This document shows, piece after piece, positions 26,652 to 35,212 of a stretch of DNA of 64,000 nt. Source of the stretch: Thermoleophilia bacterium. GTDB lineage: Bacteria > Actinomycetota > Thermoleophilia > Gaiellales > JAICJC01. Both the position numbers and the translations under genes were made by a program. Every line of letters begins with the position of its first letter. The stretch's first letter is position 1. Below the pieces are notes generated by a model that saw only the letters and a program-made list of their open reading frames with translations, did not search any database and was not told where the DNA came from. Location of the stretch: the NCBI GenBank assembly GCA_025927685.1, contig JAICKX010000003.1, positions 2,905 through 66,904 on the forward strand, read 5' to 3'.

Positions 26652-28136
26652 TCATGCGTGGATGTAGACGCTCATCCCCAGGCTGACCATGTCGAACAGC
26701 CGCTCTGCGTCCGCAATCTGCATGCGGATGCAGCCGTGCGACACGCTGTAGCCGATCGAGGCCGGGTCGTCGGTCCCGTGGATGCCGACGCCCGGGGAGG
26801 AGATCCCCATCCAGCGCGTGCCGAGCGGGTTTCCCGGCCCCGGCGGGATCGGCACCGCGCCCTGCGCCCACGGCGCGTCCGGCGGCGGCACCCAGGTGGG
26901 ATTCTCGACCTTGCTGATGATGGTGAAGTGCCCGTCGGGCGTCGGGTAGGCCGCCTGGCCGACCGCGACCGGGAACGTCACGTCGGGGTGCCCGAAGCGC
27001 TCGAGCGTGAGCAGATGCGACGACTGGTCGATCTCGACCCGGCCGGAGAGCGCGCCCAGCGTGTAGACGCCCACGGCGCCGTCGACCGGCAGCGCGCTCG
27101 CCTTCTGAAAGGCCTTCACCGCGGCGACGGTGCCGCCGCTGTAGACGCCGCTCGGCTTGCCGCGCAGGTACCCCTGGCGCTTCAGGAGCTTCTGGAGGTC
27201 GGTCACGTCCTTGCCGATCGCGCCTTCGCGCAGTGTCGCCTCGCCAAGATGCTCGGTCGAGTCGACCACGAAGCGCACGCGCCTGACCGTGCGGTTTCCG
27301 GCCCGGTCGTGGGCGGTGACGGACAGCGTGTGGCGGCCCTGCGAGAGCGGCGCGGCCGGCCGCGTCCCGGGCCGGGCGCGGAGGCCGTCGAGCTGCACGG
27401 TCTTCCGCGCCGGGGCGGCGTCGTTCACCGTCACGCTGAGGAGCGGCCGGCTCGAGTGGACGACCTTCGGCAGCCCGATCGAGACGTCGGGCGCCGTGGC
27501 GTCCACCTTGACCTCGACGGTCGAGGTGCGCCGGTTTCCGGCGGCGTCCACGGCGGTGACCGAGAGCGGGTAGGTCCCGTCCGAGACGCCCAGCGAGAGC
27601 GCGAAGCGGCCGTCGCTCGTGGACGTCGTGTGCGCCGTGCCGACGTCGGCCGCGGCGGTCACGCGGACGCCGGGCTGGGTGTGGCCCGTGAGGTCGAGCG
27701 TGTGCTCCCGCACCCAGCCCAGCGGGAGGGCCCCCAGACGGAGCGGCGGGGCGTGGGTGTCGACCGTGAACGCCCACGAGCGCTCGAGCGAGCCTCCGAA
27801 GGGGCCGCCCCGCGTGGCCCGCACCGACACCGTGTGGCGGCCGTCGTGCAGGTGCATGCCGGCGAGCCGGATCAGACCGCTCGAGAGCGAGCTCCGCGTG
27901 GTCACGTCGCGGCCGTCGATGCGAAGGGTGTAGCGGCCGAGGTTCCCGGCGTTCGAGACGCCGACCGAGATCGCGGGGGTCGCGGAGCGCACGCTCGCGC
28001 CGGCGAGCGGCGTGACGGCCCCGAGGTCGGCGCGCGTGGAGAGCGCGTAGGCGGCGAACCCGGCGGCTCCAACGGCGACGGCCGCCGCGGCACCCGCCGC
28101 GGCCTTGGCTCCGGCGGAGTGCAGCCACCGTCCCAT
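26652..28136 (-). CDS. L,D-transpeptidase (YkuD domain) with Ig-like repeats and a peptidoglycan-binding domain
   Basis: C-terminal GIHGTDDPASIGYSVSHGCIRM catalytic motif. PG_binding_1-like LQKLLKRQGYLRGKPSGVYSGGTVAAVKAFQ. N-terminal TM anchor. Confidence 0.85.
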   Translation of the reverse strand: MGRWLHSAGAKAAAGAAAAVAVGAAGFAAYALSTRADLGAVTPLAGASVRSATPAISVGVSNAGNLGRYTLRIDGRDVTTRSSLSSGLIRLAGMHLHDGRHTVSVRATRGGPFGGSLERSWAFTVDTHAPPLRLGALPLGWVREHTLDLTGHTQPGVRVTAAADVGTAHTTSTSDGRFALSLGVSDGTYPLSVTAVDAAGNRRTSTVEVKVDATAPDVSIGLPKVVHSSRPLLSVTVNDAAPARKTVQLDGLRARPGTRPAAPLSQGRHTLSVTAHDRAGNRTVRRVRFVVDSTEHLGEATLREGAIGKDVTDLQKLLKRQGYLRGKPSGVYSGGTVAAVKAFQKASALPVDGAVGVYTLGALSGRVEIDQSSHLLTLERFGHPDVTFPVAVGQAAYPTPDGHFTIISKVENPTWVPPPDAPWAQGAVPIPPGPGNPLGTRWMGISSPGVGIHGTDDPASIGYSVSHGCIRMQIADAERLFDMVSLGMSVYIHA

Positions 28137-28195
28137 GACAGCTCCAATGTACCAGCGGAAGACGTCGATCTGGTAACGGCCGCCCGTCGTGTTCG

Positions 28196-28201
28196 TATCA
28201 T
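28196..28201 (+). promoter_or_regulatory. -10-like TATCAT, 6 nt upstream of the polX GTG (leaderless geometry)
   Basis: TATCAT-ccccgc-GTG. No SD. Confidence 0.45.
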
Positions 28202-28207
28202 CCCCGC

Positions 28208-29953
28208 GTGGCCACGGAACAGCAGCTCACGAACGGCGCGATCGCCGACCGGTTCGAGCTCATGGCCGACCTGCTCGAGCTGGAGGGCGCCGTCGTCTAC
28301 CGCATCCTCGCCTACCGGCGGGCGGCGAAGTCGCTGCGCGAGACCCCGGAATCGGTGGCGAGGCTCTCCTCGGAGGGCCGGCTCACGTCGCTGCCCGGCG
28401 TCGGCGAAACGGTCGCGGCCAAGGTCGCGGAGCTCCTGGGAAGCGGCGAGATCTCCGCGCTCGACAAGCTGGTGAAGCGCAACCCGCCCGGGGCGACCAT
28501 CGTGATGCGGATCCCCGGGATCGGCCCGAAGACCGCGCGGCGGATCTTCTCCGAGCTCGGGATCGAGACCGTCGAGCAGGTACGAGAGGCGGCCGAGGCG
28601 CACCGCATCCGCGACCTGGGCGGCATGGGCAAGAAGACCGAGGAGGCGATCCTCGAGGGGCTGAAGGACGGGGACGGCGCACAGGTCCGGCGTACGCCCA
28701 TCGGCCGCCTCCTGCCCCTCGCCGAGCGGATTGTGGCGGAGCTCGGCCGCTGCGAGGCGGTCGTGCGCTGCGAGCCGGCCGGCAGCCTGCGCCGGTTCGC
28801 CGACACCGGGAAGGACATCGACATCGTCGCGGCGGTCTCGAACCGGCTCACCGCCGGCGAGGCGTTCGTGGCCCAGGACTGGGTCGCCCAGATCGCCTCC
28901 CGGGGCGACAACCGGATCGCGGCCGTGGCCCACGACGGCACCGTCGTCGAGCTGCGCATGGTGCCGCCGAAGGTGTACGGCAACCTGCTCCAGCACCTGA
29001 CGGGCTCGAAGCACCACAACGTCGCCCTGCGGGAGGCGGCGGTGCGGGCCGGGCTCAAGGTGAGCGAGTACGGCATCGAGGAGGTCGACACCGGCGAGGT
29101 GCTCGCATGTGAGGAGGAGGCCGAGGTCTACGAGCGGCTCGGGTTGCCCTGGATCCCGCCGGAGCTGCGCGAGAACCGGGGCGAGATCGATGCGGCCCGG
29201 AAGGGGAAGCTCCCCGACCTGGTCGAGCTCGGCCAGATCCGCGGCGACCTGCACACGCACACCGACTGGTCGGACGGCAAGGCCCCCCTCGAGGAGATGG
29301 TCGAGGCCGCCCGCGCGCGCGGCTACGGCTACATGAACGTCACCGACCACTCGCCGGCGGTCGGCTTCGGGATGGGGCTCGACGCCGGCCGGATGCGCGA
29401 CCAGGTCGAGCGCGTGCGGACGCTCGCCGAGACGCTGGCGCCGGACTTCGTCCTCCTGGCCGGCGCGGAGGTCGACATCCTGCGCGACGGGTCGCTCGAC
29501 TACTCCGACGAGCTGCTCGCAGAGCTCGACGTGGTCGTGGCGAGCGTCCACGCCTCCCACCGGCTGTCGGCGGCCGACCAGACCAAGCGGATCTGCGCCG
29601 CGCTCGAGAACCCGCACGTCGACGTCCTCGGCCACCCCACCGGCCGCCGGATCGGGACGCGCGAGCCGAACCCGCTCGACATCGAGGCGGTGATCGCGAA
29701 GGCTGTCGAGACCGGGACGATCATCGAGGTGAGCTCCCAGCCCGAGCGGCTCGACCTGCGCGACACCCACGTCCGCCTGGCGGTCGAGGCCGGCGCCCGC
29801 CTGGCCGTCGACACGGACGCTCACTCGGTCGGCGCGCTCGACTACCTGCGCTACGGCGTCGCGACCGCGCGGCGCGGCTGGGCCACGGCCGCGGATGTCG
29901 TGAACACGCGCGAATGGCCCGAGCTGAAGGCGCAGCTCGGGGCTGCGGGCTAA
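28208..29953 (+). CDS. polX: Family X DNA polymerase with a C-terminal PHP phosphoesterase domain
   Basis: N-terminal HhH region (FELMADLLELEG...YRRAAKSL, IPGIGPKTARRIF), a Pol-beta-like core (GKDIDIV) and PHP motifs (DLHTHTDWSDGK, VASVHA, GHPTGR, TDAHS). Confidence 0.9.
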   Translation: MATEQQLTNGAIADRFELMADLLELEGAVVYRILAYRRAAKSLRETPESVARLSSEGRLTSLPGVGETVAAKVAELLGSGEISALDKLVKRNPPGATIVMRIPGIGPKTARRIFSELGIETVEQVREAAEAHRIRDLGGMGKKTEEAILEGLKDGDGAQVRRTPIGRLLPLAERIVAELGRCEAVVRCEPAGSLRRFADTGKDIDIVAAVSNRLTAGEAFVAQDWVAQIASRGDNRIAAVAHDGTVVELRMVPPKVYGNLLQHLTGSKHHNVALREAAVRAGLKVSEYGIEEVDTGEVLACEEEAEVYERLGLPWIPPELRENRGEIDAARKGKLPDLVELGQIRGDLHTHTDWSDGKAPLEEMVEAARARGYGYMNVTDHSPAVGFGMGLDAGRMRDQVERVRTLAETLAPDFVLLAGAEVDILRDGSLDYSDELLAELDVVVASVHASHRLSAADQTKRICAALENPHVDVLGHPTGRRIGTREPNPLDIEAVIAKAVETGTIIEVSSQPERLDLRDTHVRLAVEAGARLAVDTDAHSVGALDYLRYGVATARRGWATAADVVNTREWPELKAQLGAAG

Positions 29954-30138
29954 CGATCCGCCGGGCCGACGATCTCGCCCTCGAGCACCTCGGGCTCGGC
30001 GGCGGCCGGGTTCACGATGACCCGGTCGGCCCAGTAGAACTGCGTGCGGAGCGCGGCGTACACGTCGACCACGTCGGGTGCGATCTCGGCCAGCTCGGCC
30101 GGGTGGACGTCGACGGCGATGGTGTCCGGGGCTCTCAC
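29950..30138 (-). CDS. Hypothetical small acidic protein (62 aa)
   Basis: GTG-started ORF downstream of otsB with GC3-rich, coding-like codon use (VRAPDTIAVDVHPAELAEIAPDVVDVYAALRTQFYWADRVIV...). No family recognised. Confidence 0.3.
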   Translation of the reverse strand: MRAPDTIAVDVHPAELAEIAPDVVDVYAALRTQFYWADRVIVNPAAAEPEVLEGEIVGPADR

Positions 30139-30179
30139 CCTTTCAGGGTACGGGTGCCCCGGCGGCGCCGCAATGGGCG

Positions 30180-30962
30180 TCAGGCGGCGTCGGCGAGGTG
30201 CTCGAGGAGCTCGACCACGTCGGCCGGCCCGTCGACCACCGCGTCCGCCGCGGCCAGGAGCGCGCGTGGCGCCTCGGGCGAGCGCACGGCGATCCGGACG
30301 GTCGCCTCGCGGAACGCGTCGACGTCGCTCGAGTCGTCGCCGACGAAGAGGATCTCGGTGATGTGCCGGCGGCCGCGCAGCCGCTTCACCGCGGCGCCCT
30401 TGTCGACCGCGACCGGCGGGCGCACCTCGAGCACCATCCGGCCGAAGCTCGAGGCGAGCCCGGCCCGCTCCAGCTTCGGCACGATCTGGGTCTCCAGGTA
30501 GCGGGCCGCGTGGTCGGCCCGGGGCGAGCCGCGGAAGTGGATCGTGAAGGTGATGCCCTTGTCCTCGATGTGGCAGCCCAGCTCGGGCAGGAGGCCGTCG
30601 TTTCGGACGAGCTGGAGGGCCTCCGCCATCGGCTGCACGTACTTCGCGGCCTGCGGAGCGAGGTGGACCGCGCCGTCCCGCCACACCTCGAGCCCGTGGT
30701 TCCCGGAGATGGCGACGGCGTCGAGCGGCACCATGCGGCGCGCCTGGGCAGCGGGCCGGCCGGTCACGCACGCCACGAGCGCGTACACCTGCGTCAGGCG
30801 ATCGAGGGCGTGCAGCGCCTCGGGGGTGACCCGGGCATCGTCCGGCGTCGCAACGATCGGGGCCAGCGTCCCGTCGATGTCGCACACCACGCCGCTGTGC
30901 CGCGGATCGGCCCTCAGGGGTGCCACGAGACGCGCCAGGCTCCGATCCACGGGCTCGTACAC
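30180..30962 (-). CDS. otsB: Trehalose-6-phosphate phosphatase (HAD superfamily)
   Basis: HAD motif I VVCDIDGTLAPI. The later motifs VTGRP and FVGDDSSDVDAF are present. The upstream 240 codons of the track ORF are antisense to the TauE genes and were trimmed. Confidence 0.8.
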   Translation of the reverse strand: MYEPVDRSLARLVAPLRADPRHSGVVCDIDGTLAPIVATPDDARVTPEALHALDRLTQVYALVACVTGRPAAQARRMVPLDAVAISGNHGLEVWRDGAVHLAPQAAKYVQPMAEALQLVRNDGLLPELGCHIEDKGITFTIHFRGSPRADHAARYLETQIVPKLERAGLASSFGRMVLEVRPPVAVDKGAAVKRLRGRRHITEILFVGDDSSDVDAFREATVRIAVRSPEAPRALLAAADAVVDGPADVVELLEHLADAA

Positions 30963-30969
30963 TACCGGT

Positions 30970-31326
30970 GTGTCGGAGCGGACCCTGGCCCTCGTGGGCA
31001 TCGGACTGGCGGCCGGGTTCCTCTCAGGAGTGCTGGGCGTGGGGGGCGGGATCGTGACCGTGCCGCTCCTCGTCGCCGGCGCGGGGTACCGGCCGAAGCG
31101 GGCCATGTCGACGTCGCTCGCCGCCATCCTCCTGACCGCGATCGCTGCGGCCGGGTCGCACGCGCAGGCGGGAAACGTTGCGTGGCGCGACGCCGCGCTG
31201 ATCGGCATGCCGGCCGTGGCCGGCGCCCTCCTGGGCGCCTGGATCCACCAGCGCGTCACCGCCCGCAACGTGACGCTGGCGTTCGCCGGGCTCCTCATCC
31301 TGACGGCGGTGAAGCTGGCGCTGTGA
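30970..31326 (+). CDS. Half-size TauE/SafE (DUF81) family membrane protein, first half
   Basis: 119 aa with 4 TM helices. Motif GFLSGVLGVGGGIVTVPLL. Confidence 0.7.
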   Translation: MSERTLALVGIGLAAGFLSGVLGVGGGIVTVPLLVAGAGYRPKRAMSTSLAAILLTAIAAAGSHAQAGNVAWRDAALIGMPAVAGALLGAWIHQRVTARNVTLAFAGLLILTAVKLAL

Positions 31327-31709
31327 GCCACGAGCTCGTCGCCGTCGCGCTCGGCATCCTGGCCGGCACCCTGTCCGCCCTCTTCGGCGTGGGCGGCGGG
31401 ATCATCTTCGTGCCGACGCTGATCTTCCTCGGCCACACCGCCCACGTGGCCGTCGCGACGTCGCTCGCGGCGATGGTGCCGGTGATCGCGGCTGGCGCGT
31501 GGCGCCAGACGCGCTACGGGACCGTCGACTGGCGCGACGCGCTCATCGTCGGCGTCGCGTCGGTGCCGATGACGAAGGTGGGCGAGATCGTGGCGACCTC
31601 GCTCGCCAACCAGACGCTCGAGCGCGTGTTCGCGGTGATGCTGGTCATCGTGGCGGTCCAGCTCGGCTGGCGTGCGCTCCACCCGCCGGCCGGCGAGGCC
31701 GCGGACTGA
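31323..31709 (+). CDS. Half-size TauE/SafE (DUF81) family membrane protein, second half
   Basis: 129 aa with 4 TM helices. Motif GTLSALFGVGGGIIFVPTL. Homologous to the first half. GTGA overlap. Confidence 0.7.
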   Translation: MSHELVAVALGILAGTLSALFGVGGGIIFVPTLIFLGHTAHVAVATSLAAMVPVIAAGAWRQTRYGTVDWRDALIVGVASVPMTKVGEIVATSLANQTLERVFAVMLVIVAVQLGWRALHPPAGEAAD

Positions 31710-31729
31710 ACCACCGCTGCCTGGTGGTT
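31709..31729. terminator. Small hairpin between convergent genes
   Basis: AACCACC-gctgcct-GGTGGTT (7-bp stem) in the 34-nt gap between the TauE half 2 and acs stops. Confidence 0.3.
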
Positions 31730-31743
31730 GCCGCGGCCGGGCG

Positions 31744-33732
31744 TCAGCGGCTCGCCGCGAGGACCTCGTCGGCCCGGCGCTTCAGGTCGTCGACGACGGC
31801 GGGGTCGCGGAGCGTCGTCGTGTCTCCCAGCTCGTGGCCCTCGGCGATGTCCTTGAGGAGCCGGCGCATGATCTTGCCCGACCGCGTCTTCGGCAGATCG
31901 TCGGCGATGATCACGGCCTTCGGGCGGGCGATCTTGCCGATCTTCTGCCCGATCCACTCGCGCAGCTCGGCCGCCAGCTCGTCGGACGGCTCGTAGCCGG
32001 CGCGGAGGAGGACGAAGCAGAGCGGCGTCTGGCCGGTGAAGGAGTCGGGCGCCGCGGTCGCGGCGGCCTCGGCGACAGCCGGATGCTCGACCAGCGTCGA
32101 CTCGAGCTCGATCGTGGAGAGCCGGTGCCCGGACACGTTCATCACGTCGTCGACTCGACCCAGGAGCCAGAAGTCGCCGTCCTCGTCCTGGCGGGAGCCG
32201 TCGCCGGGGAAGTACGTCCGCTCGTCGAACCGGGCGAAGTAGTTCGAGACGTACCGCTCGTCGTCGCGGTAGAGCGTGCGGAACATGCCCGGCCACGGGC
32301 GGGTGATGACGAGGTAGCCGCCCTTCCCGGGCTCGACCGCCTTCCCCTGGTCGTCGACCACGGATGCCGCGATCCCGGGGAACGGCCGGGTCGCCGAGCC
32401 CGGCTTTTGGGTCACGATCGCCGGCAGCGGGCTGATGAGGATGCCGCCCGTCTCGGTCTGCCACCAGGTGTCGACGACGGGGCAGCGCTCGCCGCCGATG
32501 TACTTCCAGTACCACACCCAGGCCTCGGGGTTGATCGGCTCGCCGACCGTGCCGAGGAGCCTGAGCGAGGTGAGGTCGTGGCGTTCGGGGATGTCCGGCC
32601 CGGACTTGATGAACGCCCGGATCAGGGTCGGCGCCGTGTAGTACTGCGTCACCTTGTGCTGCTCGATGATCTGCCAGTGGCGCTCCGGCCCCGGGAACAT
32701 CGGGTCGCCCTCGTAGAGGATCCCCGTCGCGCCGTTCGTGAGCGGGCCGTAGACGATGTAGCTGTGGCCGGTCACCCAGCCGATGTCCGCGGCGCACCAC
32801 CACACGTCATCGTCGTGGATGTCGAAGATCCACCTGTGCGTCAGGGCGACGTAGGTGAGGTAGCCGCCGGACGTGTGGACAGCCGCCTTGGGCTTCGCGG
32901 TCGTCCCGGACGTGTGGAGCGCATAGAGCATGTGCTCGGCCTCGACGCGCTCCGGCTCGCACGTGTCGGCCTGTCCGGGGACGAGGTCATGCCACCAGTG
33001 GTCGCGCCCCTCCTGCATGGGAACGTCGGCGCCGGTGCGGCGCAGGACAACCATGCTCTCGACCGACGGCGCCAGCTTCGCCGCCTCGTCGGCGGTGGTC
33101 TTGAGCGGGACGCCTGCGCCCTTCCGCCACGCCTCGTCCTGCGTGATGAGCACCCTGGCGCCGGTCGACTCGAGCCGCTCGCCGAGCGACTCCGCCGAGA
33201 ACCCGCCGAAGACCACGACGTGCGGCGCGCCGATGCGGGCGCACGCGAGCATCGCGACCGGGAGCTCCGGCACCATGCCCATGTAGATCCCGACCACGTC
33301 CCCTTTGCCGACACCGAGCCCGCGCAGCGCGTTCGCCATGCGGCAGACGTCGGCGAGCAGCTCGGCGTAGGTGATCGCGCGCTCCTCCTCGTCGACGGGC
33401 TCGGGGACGAACTGATAGGCGACCTTCCCGCCCCGCCCGGCGGCCACGTGCCGGTCGAGGCAGTTGTGGCTCACGTTCAGGACGCCGTCCGCGAACCAGG
33501 TGCAGTGCGGCGGGTCCCATTCGAGCCCCGTGGTCGGCTCCTGGAACCAGTCGAGCAGGCTGCGCGTCTTCTCGAGCCAGAACCCGTCGAGGTCCGCCTC
33601 GGCCTGGTCGTACACGCCGGGATCGGAGACGACCGCCTGGGAGACGAACTCCGCCGGTGGCGGGAATTCGCGCCGCTCCTGGAGCAGGACGTCGATGGCG
33701 GCCTCGGCCGCCTCCCGGCTCATGTCGCCCAT
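31744..33732 (-). CDS. acs: Acetyl-CoA synthetase (AMP-forming)
   Basis: 662 aa. N-terminal FWLEKTRSLLDWF...WFADGVLNVSHNCLDRH, AMP-binding HTSGTTAKPK, C-terminal LPKTRSGKIMRR. Confidence 0.95.
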   Translation of the reverse strand: MGDMSREAAEAAIDVLLQERREFPPPAEFVSQAVVSDPGVYDQAEADLDGFWLEKTRSLLDWFQEPTTGLEWDPPHCTWFADGVLNVSHNCLDRHVAAGRGGKVAYQFVPEPVDEEERAITYAELLADVCRMANALRGLGVGKGDVVGIYMGMVPELPVAMLACARIGAPHVVVFGGFSAESLGERLESTGARVLITQDEAWRKGAGVPLKTTADEAAKLAPSVESMVVLRRTGADVPMQEGRDHWWHDLVPGQADTCEPERVEAEHMLYALHTSGTTAKPKAAVHTSGGYLTYVALTHRWIFDIHDDDVWWCAADIGWVTGHSYIVYGPLTNGATGILYEGDPMFPGPERHWQIIEQHKVTQYYTAPTLIRAFIKSGPDIPERHDLTSLRLLGTVGEPINPEAWVWYWKYIGGERCPVVDTWWQTETGGILISPLPAIVTQKPGSATRPFPGIAASVVDDQGKAVEPGKGGYLVITRPWPGMFRTLYRDDERYVSNYFARFDERTYFPGDGSRQDEDGDFWLLGRVDDVMNVSGHRLSTIELESTLVEHPAVAEAAATAAPDSFTGQTPLCFVLLRAGYEPSDELAAELREWIGQKIGKIARPKAVIIADDLPKTRSGKIMRRLLKDIAEGHELGDTTTLRDPAVVDDLKRRADEVLAASR

Positions 33733-33733
33733 C

Positions 33734-34096
33734 TCAGGGCTCGTAGTCGAACTCGTCCTCGTCGGACGACAGCACCTTCTTGATGCCGATCGCCGCGGCC
33801 ACCGCGATGGCGCCGCCGATCAGGAGCCGGCCGAACTTGCGGCTCTTCTTGGCCGGCTTGTCGGACAGCCGGGCGGCGGCTCCCTTGAGCTCGCCCGCGG
33901 CCTTCATGACCTCGTCCGTCACCGCGCGCGACGTCGCCGCCTTGCGCGGGCCGTCTTCCTGGATCTTGGCGTAGATCGTCTTCGCCGAGTCGAGCGCCGT
34001 CTTCGCGTGTGCCCGTAGCTCCTCGTCGTTCGCCACGCGCGTGACGAGCGGGGTGAGCGTCTCGGCCATCTTGTCGGTCTTCATCTTCGTGGGCAT
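33734..34096 (-). CDS. Hypothetical tail-anchored protein with an acidic C-terminus
   Basis: SD GGGAGG before the ATG at 34096. Helical Lys/Ala-rich N-terminal part, one C-terminal TM (LLIGGAIAVAAAIGI) and a tail SSDEDEFDYEP. Its stop lies 1 nt before the acs start. Confidence 0.5.
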   Translation of the reverse strand: MPTKMKTDKMAETLTPLVTRVANDEELRAHAKTALDSAKTIYAKIQEDGPRKAATSRAVTDEVMKAAGELKGAAARLSDKPAKKSRKFGRLLIGGAIAVAAAIGIKKVLSSDEDEFDYEP

Positions 34097-34142
34097 CCGC
34101 CCACCTCCCTCGAGATCGCCGGTTTCAAGTCACACTACCACG

Positions 34143-35195
34143 GTGGATTTTGCACGCGTCGAAGCCCTCTTGGCCGAGTGGGGAGAGCCCGCGTACCGGT
34201 CGCGCCAGGTCTACGAGGCGGCCACGCGCATCCTGGCGGCCGACTACGACAGCATCACCACGTTGCCCGCGGCGCTGCGCCGTCGCCTGGCCGAGGCCGA
34301 GCCGCTGGCCGAGCTCGGGGTGGATGACGTGCGCGAGTCGGCCGACGGCACGATCAAGCTGCGGCTCACGACGCGGGACGGGTTCCCGGTCGAGGCGGTG
34401 GCGATGCGGCACCGCGGCCGGCGGACGGCATGCCTCTCCTCCCAGTCGGGCTGCCCGCTCGCCTGCACGTTCTGCGCGACCGGCGAGATGGGGCTCGGCC
34501 GCAGCCTCCGCTCGGGCGAGATCGTGGAGCAGCTGCTTGCGCTGGCGCGGATCCTCCGCGACCGCGGGGCATCGGTCGGGAACGTCGTCATGATGGGGAT
34601 GGGCGAGCCGTTCCTGAACTACGAGAACGTCCTTGCCGCCTGCCGCACGATGCACGACCCGGACGGGTTCAACCTCGGCGCGCGGCACATCGCCATCTCG
34701 ACCGCGGGCTGGGTGCCGGGCATCGAGGCGCTGGCGGAGGAGCCGCTGCCGCTGCGCCTGGCCCTGTCCCTCCACGCGCCCACCGACGAGCTGCGCGAGC
34801 AGCTGATGCCGGTCACCCGCCGCTACCCGGTCGCGCGCCTCATGCAGGCCTGCCGGGACTACCGCGCCCGCACGGGGCGGCGCGTCTTCGTCGAGTACCT
34901 GCTCCTCGACGGCGTGAACGACTCCGACGCCCACGCCCGCCGGCTCGCACGGCTGCTCGGCCCGGGGCCGGCCTTCCACGTGAATCTCATCGCCTACAAC
35001 CCGACCGCCTCCGACTACCGGGCCTCGTCACAGGAACGGGTGGCGGCGTTCGCCGAGATCCTGCGCGAGCTCGCGGTCGGCGCGAGCTACCGGCGCTCGC
35101 ACGGAAGCGACATCGAGGCCGCCTGCGGCCAGCTCGCCGTGACGGGCGCCAGGGCCCGGCGCCGCCAGCTCCGGCGGATGACCGCCGGGACGTAG
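34143..35195 (+). CDS. rlmN: 23S rRNA/tRNA (adenine-C2)-methyltransferase, radical SAM
   Basis: YRSRQVYEA N-terminal motif, CPLACTFCATG radical-SAM cluster motif, GMGEPFLNY. Confidence 0.9.
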   Translation: MDFARVEALLAEWGEPAYRSRQVYEAATRILAADYDSITTLPAALRRRLAEAEPLAELGVDDVRESADGTIKLRLTTRDGFPVEAVAMRHRGRRTACLSSQSGCPLACTFCATGEMGLGRSLRSGEIVEQLLALARILRDRGASVGNVVMMGMGEPFLNYENVLAACRTMHDPDGFNLGARHIAISTAGWVPGIEALAEEPLPLRLALSLHAPTDELREQLMPVTRRYPVARLMQACRDYRARTGRRVFVEYLLLDGVNDSDAHARRLARLLGPGPAFHVNLIAYNPTASDYRASSQERVAAFAEILRELAVGASYRRSHGSDIEAACGQLAVTGARARRRQLRRMTAGT

Positions 35196-35200
35196 GCCGG

Positions 35201-35206
35201 TAGACT
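35201..35206 (+). promoter_or_regulatory. -10-like TAGACT, 6 nt upstream of the ccr ATG (leaderless geometry)
   Basis: TAGACT-cgatcg-ATG, in the 17-nt gap after rlmN. No SD. Confidence 0.45.
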
Positions 35207-35212
35207 CGATCG

